Shown: positions 19,410 to 29,623, numbered from the stretch's first letter. The stretch: DNA of 64,000 nt from Candidatus Pacearchaeota archaeon (GCA_040879805.1 JBBDJP010000001.1:66173-130172); one strand, 5' to 3'. Notes: generated from the letters alone by a model not told the origin. Numbers and translations: made by a program.

Positions 19410-20075
19410 CTATTCTTTCTTCAAAATCTCTGCCCGAATTCCTTCTTCTTTACACAATTCACAAAATTCTTTAGCATCATTCTCACTTCCAATAATTGTT
19501 CCCCAGTGCATTGGTATTGCTAAAGTCGGTTTAATCAATTTTGCTGCTGAAGCAGCTTCCTCTGCACTCATAGTAAATCGACCTCCAACAGGCAACAAAG
19601 CAATAAATTCTTTATCTTGCTGCTTATACCCTGTAAGCTTCTGCATTTCAGGGATAACATCAGTATCTCCAGAATGATAAATAACAATATCTTCTATCTT
19701 AATTACATATCCAACCCATCCCTCTTCCTTAGGATGAAAATGTTTGTCAATATTATATGAAGGAAGAGCGTAAATCCTAACTTCACCTAAATCCAATTCT
19801 CTTCCAGGCTCAATCAATTCTATTTTCACAGGAACATCAAACCGTGTAATTTTACTCTGGCAATCTGCAGAAGCAACAATCTTAGTTCCTTCCTTTACTA
19901 TCTTCTTCATATCAGGATAGCTACAATGATCATAATGACTATGTGTAATTAGAATTATGTCTGCTTTAGGTAATCCTTCCTTAATATTATAAGGATCAAT
20001 ATAAATTGTTTTCCCATTATTTATGAGAAACCCTGAATGTCCAAGCCACTTAAGCTTAATTCCATTTATTTTCAT
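19410..20075 (-). CDS. Metallo-beta-lactamase-fold hydrolase.
   Basis: HxHxDH motif ILITHSHYDHCS and downstream His/Asp ligands. Confidence 0.75.
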   Translation of the reverse strand: MKINGIKLKWLGHSGFLINNGKTIYIDPYNIKEGLPKADIILITHSHYDHCSYPDMKKIVKEGTKIVASADCQSKITRFDVPVKIELIEPGRELDLGEVRIYALPSYNIDKHFHPKEEGWVGYVIKIEDIVIYHSGDTDVIPEMQKLTGYKQQDKEFIALLPVGGRFTMSAEEAASAAKLIKPTLAIPMHWGTIIGSENDAKEFCELCKEEGIRAEILKKE

Positions 20076-20251
20076 AAAATAAAAAATCTCTCTGGGTTTT
20101 TAAGGGTTTTGAGTGGTTATCTAAATAAAAATTAATAAGTAAAAAACAACATGGAAGGAAACAATTTAGGTATCTATTAATAAAAAATAGGGCTACAACC
20201 ATAAAGAAAAAGAAAAAATAAAATAAAGAAAAAATTATTGAAGATATTTAT

Positions 20252-20404
20252 TTAGTAGTCGTCGTCTTCGTCTTCATCATCACTATCTTCATCATCTTCG
20301 TCTTCATCGGAATCGTCCTCAGAATCGTCGGAGTCTTCTTCGTCCTCAGATTCTTCGTCTTCATCCTCGAAGTCGTCTTCGTTTTCCATGTCTTCGTTTT
20401 CCAT
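20252..20404 (-). CDS. Candidate 50-aa poly-acidic mini-protein MENEDMENEDDFEDEDEESEDEEDSDDSEDDSDEDEDDEDSDDEDEDDDY.
   Basis: ATG-to-TAA ORF below the track cutoff. The segment is markedly GC-richer than its flanks. It is flanked by an 11-bp direct repeat GGGTTTTTAAG (20094-20104 and 20444-20454). Confidence 0.3.
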   Translation of the reverse strand: MENEDMENEDDFEDEDEESEDEEDSDDSEDDSDEDEDDEDSDDEDEDDDY

Positions 20405-20540
20405 CTTAAAACCTTTGGTTTTATTGGAAATCTTCTAACTTCAGGGTTTTTAAGACTTTCTAACTTACAAAAAAGACTTCAAATCTATACTTTAATAAAA
20501 ATTAATTAAATTAATAAACATCTATATTTTTATTTATATA

Positions 20541-21899
20541 ATGGCTAAAATAGGTTTAGAAATTCATGGTTACCTTGACACAAATGAAAAATTATTCTGT
20601 GGCTGCAAATCTATACATGGAGCAAAGCAAACTAAACCTAACCAAAATATTTGTGCAACCTGTACTGGCCAGCCAGGAGCAAAACCAATGCTTCCAAATA
20701 AAAAAGCTATTGACAAATCTTTAGAAATTGCATTAATATTGGGCTGTAAAATAAATAAAAATTTGATTTGGCAAAGGAAACATTATGACTGGCCAGATCT
20801 TCCAAAAGGGTATCAAAACACGATCTCTGGAGCACATTCAAGACCTGTGGGAGTAAATGGAAAATTCCTTGGGATAAATATAACAGAAGTCCATCTTGAG
20901 GAAGATCCTGCCGCATGGAATCCAAAAACCGGAGAAATAGACTACAATAGATCTGGAGTTCCTTTAATAGAGATAGTGACTGAACCTGAATTCAAAAATT
21001 CTGAAGAAGTGATCTATTGGCTAAAACAACTAATAATAACTCTTGGATACATAAAATCAATAGATAAAAACCTAGGAATTAAGGCAGATGTTAATATCTC
21101 TCTCCCAGAGATTAAGGGTAAAAGAGTTGAAATCAAAAATGTGAATAGCCTAAAAAACATAAAAGCTGCACTTGAATACGAAACCTCTAGGCAAAAAAAA
21201 GAAGGGCAAGAAGAACAGGAAACAAGAATGTTTGATGAGACAAAAGGAGTAACTAAAAAAATGCGTTCTAAAGAATCTGCACAAGATTATAGGTTTATTT
21301 CAGATCCAGACCTTCCTGCAATTATTATTGAGGAAAAGAGAATAAAAAATATTGAAAAATTTCTTCCTGAAACACCAGAGAAAAAATTAGCTGGATTGAT
21401 AAAGAAACACAAAATACCTAAAAGTTCTGCAAAAATATTGGTCAAAAATATTGATGTTATGGGATTATTTGAAGATGTTGTTAACAAAGTTGATTCTAAA
21501 CTAGCAACAAGATGGATTACTGAAGAGTTATTTAGTGTTTTAAATTACAATAAAAAAGAACTTGAAAACGTTAAGATTAAACCAGGACACTTTATAGAGC
21601 TATTAAAACTCATTGAGAATAAAAAGATTACCGAGCATAAAGCCAGAGAAATTCTGAGAAGCTGGACTTCAGAATCACGTTCTCCTAAAGAAGAGATTTC
21701 CAAACATAAAATGATCTCTAATAAAGAGGTGGAGAATATTTGTGAAGAAGTCATAAAAGAACACTCTTCAGCAGTTGAAGATTATAAATCTGGGAAGGGG
21801 GCTGCACTCAATTTCCTAATGGGGCAAGTCATGAGAAAAAGTGATAAAAGAGCAAACCAAGAAGTTGTTATTAGGATTTTGAAGGAGAAGTTGGGTTAA
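20541..21899 (+). CDS. gatB: Asp/Glu-tRNA amidotransferase subunit B (GatB).
   Basis: IGLEIHGYL...KLFCGC, PNQNICATCTGQPGAKPMLPN, HLEEDPA, DYNRSGVPLIEIVTEP, and a C-terminal GatB/YqeY domain. Confidence 0.85.
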   Translation: MAKIGLEIHGYLDTNEKLFCGCKSIHGAKQTKPNQNICATCTGQPGAKPMLPNKKAIDKSLEIALILGCKINKNLIWQRKHYDWPDLPKGYQNTISGAHSRPVGVNGKFLGINITEVHLEEDPAAWNPKTGEIDYNRSGVPLIEIVTEPEFKNSEEVIYWLKQLIITLGYIKSIDKNLGIKADVNISLPEIKGKRVEIKNVNSLKNIKAALEYETSRQKKEGQEEQETRMFDETKGVTKKMRSKESAQDYRFISDPDLPAIIIEEKRIKNIEKFLPETPEKKLAGLIKKHKIPKSSAKILVKNIDVMGLFEDVVNKVDSKLATRWITEELFSVLNYNKKELENVKIKPGHFIELLKLIENKKITEHKAREILRSWTSESRSPKEEISKHKMISNKEVENICEEVIKEHSSAVEDYKSGKGAALNFLMGQVMRKSDKRANQEVVIRILKEKLG

Positions 21900-21900
21900 T

Positions 21901-22575
21901 TTAATCCAACCCTTTTCCAGGAAGATTGTAAAAATTGTCTATGACTATTTTTGTTGGAGCAATATCATACTTCAAAATTTGCCTTGCATAATCTGCGACT
22001 ATTTCGGGAGAGATAAATCCTTTTGAGTTCGTCTCCCAATCTTCCTTGGGTTTCAATGGAACTCTTTCCCACATTTTTGTATCTACAGGACCAACTTGCA
22101 GATCATACATAGAGAACTTGCTCTTTCTTCCATTTATAGCATTTGAACTTTTGGTCAAATTAGATAGATAAGCAAAATTAGCGCCCATGTAAGGAGCTGC
22201 AGGCAATCCCATGTCAGCACTTGAGCCAGAGATTGTTATGATTTTTCCACCTTTATTTAACTTTTTTATTCCCTCGGTTAGAGCATAAACATGGCCTTCA
22301 AGAAATTTCTCGGCTTTAAGATAACCTTCAAAATCTGTAACTGGACTTAATAGTTCGGGCATACAAGAAAAAATTATTGCATCTAAGCCTCCGACATTAG
22401 AATAAACTTTGTCTATCTCTTCAAGTGAAGTTATATCACAAACATACTCTTCAGAGATATTTACATTTGGTTCTCCTTTAAATCTTGTACCATAAACTTC
22501 ATATCCTCCTTTCAATTTCTTAGCAATTTCATTCCCAATGTCGCTTGATGTGCCGAAAATTAAAACTTTCTTCAT
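21901..22575 (-). CDS. Short-chain dehydrogenase/reductase-family (NAD(P)-binding Rossmann) protein.
   Basis: N-terminal VLIFGTSSDIGNEIA (TGxxxGxG-like) dinucleotide-binding motif. Confidence 0.55.
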   Translation of the reverse strand: MKKVLIFGTSSDIGNEIAKKLKGGYEVYGTRFKGEPNVNISEEYVCDITSLEEIDKVYSNVGGLDAIIFSCMPELLSPVTDFEGYLKAEKFLEGHVYALTEGIKKLNKGGKIITISGSSADMGLPAAPYMGANFAYLSNLTKSSNAINGRKSKFSMYDLQVGPVDTKMWERVPLKPKEDWETNSKGFISPEIVADYARQILKYDIAPTKIVIDNFYNLPGKGLD

Positions 22576-22580
22576 TATAT

Positions 22581-23723
22581 TTACCTCTGGTCGTCATAAC
22601 GACTCATTTTATCATATCCTATTAAAAGATAATTTTTGTTCTTAGTATTTTTAGCTAGCTTCTTAGCCACCGCTATTCCTGCTCTCGTTGATCTTCCAAA
22701 ATCCTTATATTTTTCAGTATGCCATCGAGGGATAGCGGCATCAAGATTATTTCCAGTAAATTCCTTATAATTCTCATCCATTTGCCAGTCGCTAACAAGA
22801 ACAACATCCTCAAGAATTCCTTTATCTACCGCTTCTCTTATATGAGGTGTAGGTACATGATCTCCTTTTATTGAGAAGCTCGTCCCAGGCAGCAGACTCC
22901 TTGGAAGTGTTCCAGGTTCAATTCCATATAGTTCCTTGTATTTTCCAGGATGAATTAAGTCGTAAGCTAATGCAGCCTGAAAAGGTTCAAAAGCAATTAC
23001 CCTAGTATTACTATTAAGAGCCCTTCCTGGTCCAAGAATCGATGAGCCATTTCCCACTGCAGGAATAAAATAATCTATTCCCTTATCAAGATTATCCAAT
23101 TCCCTCATCGATTCTTTTGCAATATTCTCCATTCCCTGAAGTGTAACTTCATTAACCATATCCTTAGCTTTACCCATAGAATGGTTTAGGAAAAAAATAT
23201 CTCTATTTTTAACCAAGAGAGGTTTTATCAAATCCATAAAACCATTAACATATTTATCTTTTGGAGTTAAAATTAGATAGTTGGTATTATTCTCGATTAT
23301 TGGAATATCTTTGTTTTCAGGGTTATAATTCACAATCTTCTTATCTTTATCAAAAGAGTTAAGTATTGCATTCTCTCTTGCTTTTTCTCCTCCGGCAGGC
23401 ATCGCAATGTGACATTCATATCCAAGTTCTTTTCCAATATTTACCATTGAAACGCCAGCAGATCCAGAAGTTGATTCAAACACCTTATCTCCTGGTTTAA
23501 TCTTGCCCAAATTTTCATAGTGCTCAAATAATTTTAAATAAGAGAGATCATAATGACTTCCAAATTCACTATCTGCAACATTCTTTATCCAAATATTATT
23601 CTTGTTTGGAACTTCTCCTTCATACTTATCTAAAGGAGTATTTAGGATTCTTTTTTTCAATTCCCTATATTTATTTCTTCTTTTTGTTTCCATTTTTCTT
23701 ACTATTAAGTAGTTTTGTAACAA
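22581..23723 (-). CDS. PLP-dependent fold-type II enzyme (cysteine synthase/CBS-like).
   Basis: ESTSGSAGVSMVNIGKELGYECHIAMP resembles the cysteine-synthase ExTSGNTG...MP core. C-terminal GNGSS glycine-rich PLP-phosphate loop. The catalytic Lys motif is not clear. Confidence 0.45.
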   Translation of the reverse strand: MLQNYLIVRKMETKRRNKYRELKKRILNTPLDKYEGEVPNKNNIWIKNVADSEFGSHYDLSYLKLFEHYENLGKIKPGDKVFESTSGSAGVSMVNIGKELGYECHIAMPAGGEKARENAILNSFDKDKKIVNYNPENKDIPIIENNTNYLILTPKDKYVNGFMDLIKPLLVKNRDIFFLNHSMGKAKDMVNEVTLQGMENIAKESMRELDNLDKGIDYFIPAVGNGSSILGPGRALNSNTRVIAFEPFQAALAYDLIHPGKYKELYGIEPGTLPRSLLPGTSFSIKGDHVPTPHIREAVDKGILEDVVLVSDWQMDENYKEFTGNNLDAAIPRWHTEKYKDFGRSTRAGIAVAKKLAKNTKNKNYLLIGYDKMSRYDDQR

Positions 23724-23823
23724 TATAAAACCTCTCGTCCAATATATACTTATAAAAACAATTTTTATTAAAAATTTGTAATTAAACCAAAAATAATATA
23801 AAGGATCACATTCTTATTACATT

Positions 23824-24786
23824 ATGAAATTAGATTTAAGAGATAGAAAAATCCTTTATGAACTTGATGTTAATGCTAGACAAAGCGATGCTCAAATCGG
23901 AAGGAAACTAAAAATAAGTAAAGAAGTTGTAGCCTATCGAATAAATAGGTTGATCAAAGAAAGAATAGTAAGGAACTTCACGGCAATTATAAACACCCAT
24001 GCATTTGGATACCAAGGGTTCAGAATCTTCTTCAAATTCAAAGATATCTCTAAAGAAAGGGAAAAAGAATTCATAGATTTTGTAAAATCCAAATTTATAT
24101 GGATTGTAAGGGTCAGGGGAAACTGGTCTTATAACTCCTTAATTTATACAAATAATATGATTAAACTGGAAAAATTCCTAAACCAAATAAAGGAAAAATT
24201 TGAAGATAATTTCCTAAAAATGCAAATAAGCCCAGTAACCCAAATATATCACTATAGAAGAGAATTCTTACTAGATAATAAAAAAATAAGAACTTCTTAT
24301 GAGATACTTGAAAAAATAAAGGAATTTCAGCTTGATGAAAAAGATTTCAAAATTCTTGAGGCAATCGCAAATAACGGAAGAGCCACAACAGTGGAACTTG
24401 CAGAAGAAATAAATTTGACTGAAAGAATTGTAAGATATAGATTAAAAAATCTGGTAAAGAACAAAATAATTCTTGGGTTTAGAAGTCATTTAGATTTAGA
24501 AAAGTTAGGATATCGATATTACAAAATTCATCTCTTTCTGAATAAACACTCTAAACAAACAATTGAAAAACTCACAAATTTCACCCACACTCATCCAAAC
24601 ACAATTTATTTAACAAAAACAATTGGGGGCTGGGATTTTGAACTTGAAGTTTGCTTTAAAGGTAGTAAAGAACTTTATAATTTTCTTGATAAATTAACAA
24701 ATAAATTCTCTGGCATAATTAGAGATTATGAGTTCCTTGAATATGATAAAGAATTTCAAATAAAGTATTTCCAAGTTCTTGACTAA
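23824..24786 (+). CDS. Tandem Lrp/AsnC-type winged-helix transcriptional regulator (two HTH plus RAM-like units).
   Basis: Two AsnC-type HTH segments: DRKILYELDVNARQSDAQIGRKLKISKEVVAYRINRL and DFKILEAIANNGRATTVELAEEINLTERIVRYRLKNL. Confidence 0.6.
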   Translation: MKLDLRDRKILYELDVNARQSDAQIGRKLKISKEVVAYRINRLIKERIVRNFTAIINTHAFGYQGFRIFFKFKDISKEREKEFIDFVKSKFIWIVRVRGNWSYNSLIYTNNMIKLEKFLNQIKEKFEDNFLKMQISPVTQIYHYRREFLLDNKKIRTSYEILEKIKEFQLDEKDFKILEAIANNGRATTVELAEEINLTERIVRYRLKNLVKNKIILGFRSHLDLEKLGYRYYKIHLFLNKHSKQTIEKLTNFTHTHPNTIYLTKTIGGWDFELEVCFKGSKELYNFLDKLTNKFSGIIRDYEFLEYDKEFQIKYFQVLD

Positions 24787-26108
24787 CCCCTCTCAAAAAC
24801 CCTGGCAATCTGAAGCATCTTTTCTTCCTGGAATTTGTCACAGGTAATCTGTAATCCAACAGGAACTCCATCAATTTCTCCAACAGGAACCGAAATAGAG
24901 CAATTCCCCGCAAGATTTGAAGGGGCAGTTAAAACATCATAACTATACATGTCTTCAACAGAAATTTTCTCCCCGATTTTGTGAGGAAGTCTTGGAACTG
25001 TGGGAGAAATAATACAGTCAACTTTCTTAAACGCTTTTTCAAACTCTTTTTCAATAAAATTTTTGGCTTTCAGCGCCAAGTGATAATACCTTTCATGAAA
25101 CTCTTCTTTTGAAATCTCACTCCCCCCTAAAATTCTCCTTAAAACTTCTGGTCCTGCAGCATCCTCAATTCTCTTTCCATAACGCCTTCCATCAAGTCTC
25201 CGAGTGGCAGAAAAAAACTCAGTATAAACAAGAGGGTAATAAGTTTCAACAGCCAAATCTATATTTTCTATTTCTATTTTTTTAACCTTGAACTTATTTT
25301 TATCAGCCGTCTCCCTAATCTTTTTATTAATTAAATCATTAATTTTCTTGTCAACTCCTTTAAAATCAAGAACTCCTATCGTAAGAGTTTTTGGAGAGAT
25401 TTTAATTTTTTCAAAATTCAAATTGTCCGATTTTACTGAGGTAGAATCATTTTCATCTTTCCCAGAAATAATACTTAGAAGCAAGGCTGCATCTTCAACA
25501 CTCTTTGCTAAAGGTCCAATCTGGTCCAAACTCATAGATAAATCTATTAAACCATAACGTGAAACGCTTGAATAAGTCGGCTTAACTCCGACAACACCAC
25601 AATGTGATGCAGGATTTCTTATACTTCCTCCAGTATCTGATCCAAGAGCCATATCACAAAAGCCTGCAGCAACGGCGGCGGCACTTCCCGAACTTGAGCC
25701 GCCAGGAATTAAATCAGATTTCCGCGGATTTCTCGTCGGACCAAACGCACTTGTCTCACCACTGCTCCCACAAGCAAACTCGTCCATATTCAACATCCCA
25801 ATAATCAAGCCATCTTCATCTTTTATTCTTTTAACAACAGTGGCATCATAAGGTGCTTTATAATCTTCTAAAACCTTGGAACCACAAGAAACAGGAAGAC
25901 CTTTAACATTGATGTTTGACTTGATTCCTATTATCTTGCCTGCCAGTTTCCCTGAATTTCCAGATTTAATCTTAGAATCAATCTTCTTAGCTTCCTTCAA
26001 TAAATCTTTTTTTTGTCTCAAATGTAAAAAAGCGTTTATCTTCTTGCCTTTCTTATCATTCTTCTCAATCTCTGCCAAATATTTTTTTATTTTTTCAACA
26101 GTTTTCAT
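24783..26108 (-). CDS. gatA: Glu/Asp-tRNA amidotransferase subunit A (GatA, amidase signature family).
   Basis: Amidase signature GGSSSGSAAAVAAGFCDMALGSDTGGSIRNPASHCGVVGVKPTY. Confidence 0.85.
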   Translation of the reverse strand: MKTVEKIKKYLAEIEKNDKKGKKINAFLHLRQKKDLLKEAKKIDSKIKSGNSGKLAGKIIGIKSNINVKGLPVSCGSKVLEDYKAPYDATVVKRIKDEDGLIIGMLNMDEFACGSSGETSAFGPTRNPRKSDLIPGGSSSGSAAAVAAGFCDMALGSDTGGSIRNPASHCGVVGVKPTYSSVSRYGLIDLSMSLDQIGPLAKSVEDAALLLSIISGKDENDSTSVKSDNLNFEKIKISPKTLTIGVLDFKGVDKKINDLINKKIRETADKNKFKVKKIEIENIDLAVETYYPLVYTEFFSATRRLDGRRYGKRIEDAAGPEVLRRILGGSEISKEEFHERYYHLALKAKNFIEKEFEKAFKKVDCIISPTVPRLPHKIGEKISVEDMYSYDVLTAPSNLAGNCSISVPVGEIDGVPVGLQITCDKFQEEKMLQIARVFERG

Positions 26109-26470
26109 TTTTTTGGTTTTCTTGGCTTATACATAATGACCAATCCTCCAAGCACTTCGTTAAATTTTAACCTTAATTTTTGAGAACAATGGATTGTAAC
26201 AAACATCTTTTTATCCCCATAGAAAATATCTACTCTGTTGTTGTTTCCAACCTTGGTTATGCTTTCATGATGATCTTTAAAATTTCTTACATCAATTTTT
26301 CTTCTATTACCTTTTTCATTTATGTCATAAAAATCCCAATGAATATCAAAAATTTCAGAGATAGATTCGGAGAGTCTATCTGCAACTTCCTGTTTCTTAT
26401 CAAAAACATAATAATTGAAATTTCCTTCATTTCCAATTAAATGTAAATTTATTTTTTTGGTTTTCACCAT
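26105..26470 (-). CDS. Hypothetical 121-aa protein embedded in the gatC-gatA operon.
   Basis: Start overlaps the gatC stop (ATGGTGA) and stop overlaps the gatA start (ATGA). No recognisable motif. Confidence 0.4.
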   Translation of the reverse strand: MVKTKKINLHLIGNEGNFNYYVFDKKQEVADRLSESISEIFDIHWDFYDINEKGNRRKIDVRNFKDHHESITKVGNNNRVDIFYGDKKMFVTIHCSQKLRLKFNEVLGGLVIMYKPRKPKK

Positions 26471-26715
26471 TTTCCTTTCTCTCCAATAATAAAATCTTTA
26501 TTTTTCTTAGGTGCATTATCAAACATAACTTCTCTTGAAAAATCCTTTAATTTTCCTTCTTCTTTTCTCTCAAATTCATCTCTTTCAAAATAAGCCTTAT
26601 CAAGATTTCCTTTCACTCTATTCAACTTCTGAGAAAAAGAATCAATTATATTTTTAGCATCTTCCTTAATTTCTTCTTTTTCCTTTTCAGAAACCTTATG
26701 CCATAAAAAATCCAT
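26464..26715 (-). CDS. gatC: Probable GatC subunit.
   Basis: Size, position upstream of gatA, and C-terminal REVMFDNAPKKNKDFIIGEK resembling the GatC NAP motif. Confidence 0.5.
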   Translation of the reverse strand: MDFLWHKVSEKEKEEIKEDAKNIIDSFSQKLNRVKGNLDKAYFERDEFERKEEGKLKDFSREVMFDNAPKKNKDFIIGEKGKW

Positions 26716-26745
26716 GAACTAGAAAGGAATGAGGCATTTATAAGA

Positions 26746-28128
26746 TTAATTCTTCTTTTTCTTCTTATCCTCAATAACAGAAATATGAACGTCTTTAAGT
26801 TGTTTAGCAGAAACTTCCGACGGAGCATCAAGCATCATATCTTTGGCCTCTTTATTCTTTGGAAAAGCAATAACTTCTCTTATTGAATTTTCATCAGCCA
26901 TTATCTGAACAAGTCTATCAAAACCAAACGCAATTCCTCCATGGGGAGGGGCCCCAAAATTCAATGCATTCATCAAAAACCCAAATTTCTCCTCTGCTTC
27001 CTTCTTTGAGATTTTCAAAACATCGAAAACCTGGCTCTGAATCTTAGAATCATGAATTCTTATACTTCCTCCTGCAATTTCAGATCCATTTAAAACTAAA
27101 TCATACGCAAGAGACGAAGCCTCTCCTTTTTTCTTTTTGAATTCTTCTATGTTCGGCATCGTAAATGGATGGTGAGTCGATTTGTATCTTTTCTCCTTTT
27201 CATTATATTCCATTAAAGGAAAATCCACAATCCAACAGAATGCAAATTTATCATTAGCTTTTCTCAAATCAGGCCTGTCAGAACCATATTTCTCAATCGC
27301 ATCTATATATTTTATCTTTTTGAAAGGGATTTTCACCTCTACGTTAAGAACTTTTTTAAAAACATATTTTATCATTCTCTCTATTAACTCAATTATATCT
27401 TCTTGTTCAATAAAAGACATTTCAACATCAATTTGTGTGAATTCTGGCTGACGATCCGCCCTTAAATCCTCATCTCTAAAACATCTTGCAATCTGTATAT
27501 ACTTATCAAATCCTGCAACCTGTGAAAGCTGCTTGAACAATTGTGGAGATTGAGGTAAAGCATAAAACTTCCCAAGATGATTTCTACTTGGGACAATATA
27601 ATCTCTTGCACCTTCTGGTGTCGACTTAGCCATAATGGGAGTCTCTATTTCCACAAACTCCTCTTGATAAAAAAAATCGCGAACAGCCTTCAAAGTATTA
27701 CTTCTCAAGACCATATTCTTTTTCATTCTTTCACTTCTCAAATCAAGGAAACGATACTTAAGCCGAGTATCTTCATTAACTTCCTTATCATTAATTTCAA
27801 AAGGTATAATTGGTGCCTTGTTAAACACTTCTAGAGTTTCTATTGAAACTTCTACATCACCTGTAGGAAGCTCTTTGTTCTCTGTTCCCTTTGGGCGCAT
27901 CTTGACTTCTCCTTTAATTAAAATGCAAGACTCGACAGTCAAACTTTTTATTGAATCAAAATTAGAATTTTTCTTTGACGCAACAACCTGGATTCTTCCA
28001 TACCTATCTCTTAAGTCAATAAAAATAACATTTCCATGATCACGAATAGTCTCTACCCATCCTGCCAGAGAAACCTTTTTACCAACGAATTTCTTATTTA
28101 CTTCACCTATCTTGTGCGTTCTTAACAT
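26746..28128 (-). CDS. aspS: Aspartyl-tRNA synthetase (archaeal-type, presumably non-discriminating).
   Basis: N-terminal OB anticodon-binding domain, class II motif 2 FRDEDLRADRQPEFTQID, motif 3 GGIAFGFDRL. Confidence 0.9.
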   Translation of the reverse strand: MLRTHKIGEVNKKFVGKKVSLAGWVETIRDHGNVIFIDLRDRYGRIQVVASKKNSNFDSIKSLTVESCILIKGEVKMRPKGTENKELPTGDVEVSIETLEVFNKAPIIPFEINDKEVNEDTRLKYRFLDLRSERMKKNMVLRSNTLKAVRDFFYQEEFVEIETPIMAKSTPEGARDYIVPSRNHLGKFYALPQSPQLFKQLSQVAGFDKYIQIARCFRDEDLRADRQPEFTQIDVEMSFIEQEDIIELIERMIKYVFKKVLNVEVKIPFKKIKYIDAIEKYGSDRPDLRKANDKFAFCWIVDFPLMEYNEKEKRYKSTHHPFTMPNIEEFKKKKGEASSLAYDLVLNGSEIAGGSIRIHDSKIQSQVFDVLKISKKEAEEKFGFLMNALNFGAPPHGGIAFGFDRLVQIMADENSIREVIAFPKNKEAKDMMLDAPSEVSAKQLKDVHISVIEDKKKKKN

Positions 28129-28136
28129 TTTAATAT

Positions 28137-29579
28137 CTATTTAACATACTTTTTAATAATTTCCATGGCCTTTTTCCCTTCAACCTTCCCTCTAAACTCC
28201 TTCATAATTAAACCCATGTATGCTTTGCGAGAAAGCCCAGGCTTATCTTTTAATATTTTGAGAATTTTTTCTTCCAAATACTGAGATTCTAGACTTTCAA
28301 CCTCAACAGCTTCTTTATGGCTCTTACCCTTTACAATTTTTTTCATAACATATTTCAGCTGGTTCTCTGAAAACTTTCCTTTTTTCATGCTTTCAAAAAG
28401 ATGGACAAAGACATCCTTATTTAGAATCTTTTCAACATTATCTAATGAAATATTTTCTCTTGATGAAATTTCTTTAGGAAAAATTAAAAGAGCTTTACCA
28501 ATTAAATTAGGATTATTACAAACGCTAAGTAATTCCTTAAACTCATCAATTTTTCTTTGTTTTAATAACAATGAAATTAACTCTTTATTCAAACCTTTTT
28601 TCTTTAATTCCTCCCTTGCTTCTTCACGAAGTTTAGGAAGGGTCTTCTTTGATCGATCAATTAATTTTCTTGATATCTTTAGAAGAGGTAAATCAGTTTC
28701 AGGATACATTCTTTCAGAACCTGGTAAAGGACGTAAAAACTTTGACTCTCCATTCTTCAAGACCTTCCTAACCTCAGGTCTACTTTTTTCTTTCTTAACA
28801 AGTTCTATCTGTCTTTTAATTTCAACCTTCATTGCTTTTTCAATATTCATTATATCTTGAAACCCTTTTAATTCAACCCTCATCCCACCATCAATTGAAA
28901 GATTTACATCCTGTCTGATTGTTCCTAAACCTCTTTTAACATCACACGATCTCAAAATCTCCCCAATTTTCAAAGCAACTTCTTTCGCTTGTTCCGGTGT
29001 CTTTATATCTGGTTTTGTAGCAATTTCGATTAAAGGTATCCCAAGCCTATCTAACCTAAAAATTCCTTTTTCTTTATTGATAATTCTTGCAGAATCTTCT
29101 TCAAGACAAACAGAATCAATAGCTACTTTTCCATTACTTGTTTCAATATAACCTTCATTGGCTATGAGAACAGTTCTCTGAAATCCTGATGTATTGCTTC
29201 CATCTACAACTGTTTTTCTCATTATCTGGGTGATTGGAATTATCTTACAATTAAGGATAAGTGCTATATGTAATCCTATGTTCAATGCTTCCTTATTTAT
29301 CTCATGTGGAGGTTCTTCATCCAACTCGACCAAACAAGTAGTTTCATATCCTTGGTAAGTAAACTCTCTCTCAAAAGATGCCTCATAGGAAGCTGCAACA
29401 TCCACCTCTCCAGACTCTCCAGGAACTGCATGAAGTTTTCTTTTGATTATAAAATCAGGATTATCTTGCCTTAAAACAGAAGGGCAGTCACAAAAAAGCT
29501 TGCTCGTATTTAATTGTTGATGAATTTCCAAACCGCTTTTTAATCCAATTTTTTTGTAATCTAAAACTTCTTTAACCAT
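28137..29579 (-). CDS. gatE: GatE-like subunit (GatB/GatE family). Shorter than canonical GatE.
   Basis: GLEIHQQLNTSKLFCDCP, TTCLVELDEEPPH, RQDVNLSIDGG and a C-terminal YqeY-like domain match GatE hallmarks. At 480 aa it lacks the usual insertion domain. Confidence 0.65.
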   Translation of the reverse strand: MVKEVLDYKKIGLKSGLEIHQQLNTSKLFCDCPSVLRQDNPDFIIKRKLHAVPGESGEVDVAASYEASFEREFTYQGYETTCLVELDEEPPHEINKEALNIGLHIALILNCKIIPITQIMRKTVVDGSNTSGFQRTVLIANEGYIETSNGKVAIDSVCLEEDSARIINKEKGIFRLDRLGIPLIEIATKPDIKTPEQAKEVALKIGEILRSCDVKRGLGTIRQDVNLSIDGGMRVELKGFQDIMNIEKAMKVEIKRQIELVKKEKSRPEVRKVLKNGESKFLRPLPGSERMYPETDLPLLKISRKLIDRSKKTLPKLREEAREELKKKGLNKELISLLLKQRKIDEFKELLSVCNNPNLIGKALLIFPKEISSRENISLDNVEKILNKDVFVHLFESMKKGKFSENQLKYVMKKIVKGKSHKEAVEVESLESQYLEEKILKILKDKPGLSRKAYMGLIMKEFRGKVEGKKAMEIIKKYVK

Positions 29580-29623
29580 AGAAAAAGAAAAAGAAAAAGA
29601 GTTTATTAAATTAATTGAAAATT

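Noticed and set aside
20230-20410. Plus-strand reading of the GC-rich island (a Val/Phe-rich hydrophobic peptide).
   Set aside because: There is no start codon or RBS context. The minus-strand acidic ORF has a clean ATG-to-TAA frame and is the only sensible reading, if the segment is coding at all.
20541-20560. TATA-like TTTATTTATATA immediately upstream of the gatB ATG read as a promoter TATA box.
   Set aside because: It is only about 5 nt from the start codon, too close for a canonical archaeal TATA/TSS spacing. It was noted but not annotated as a promoter.
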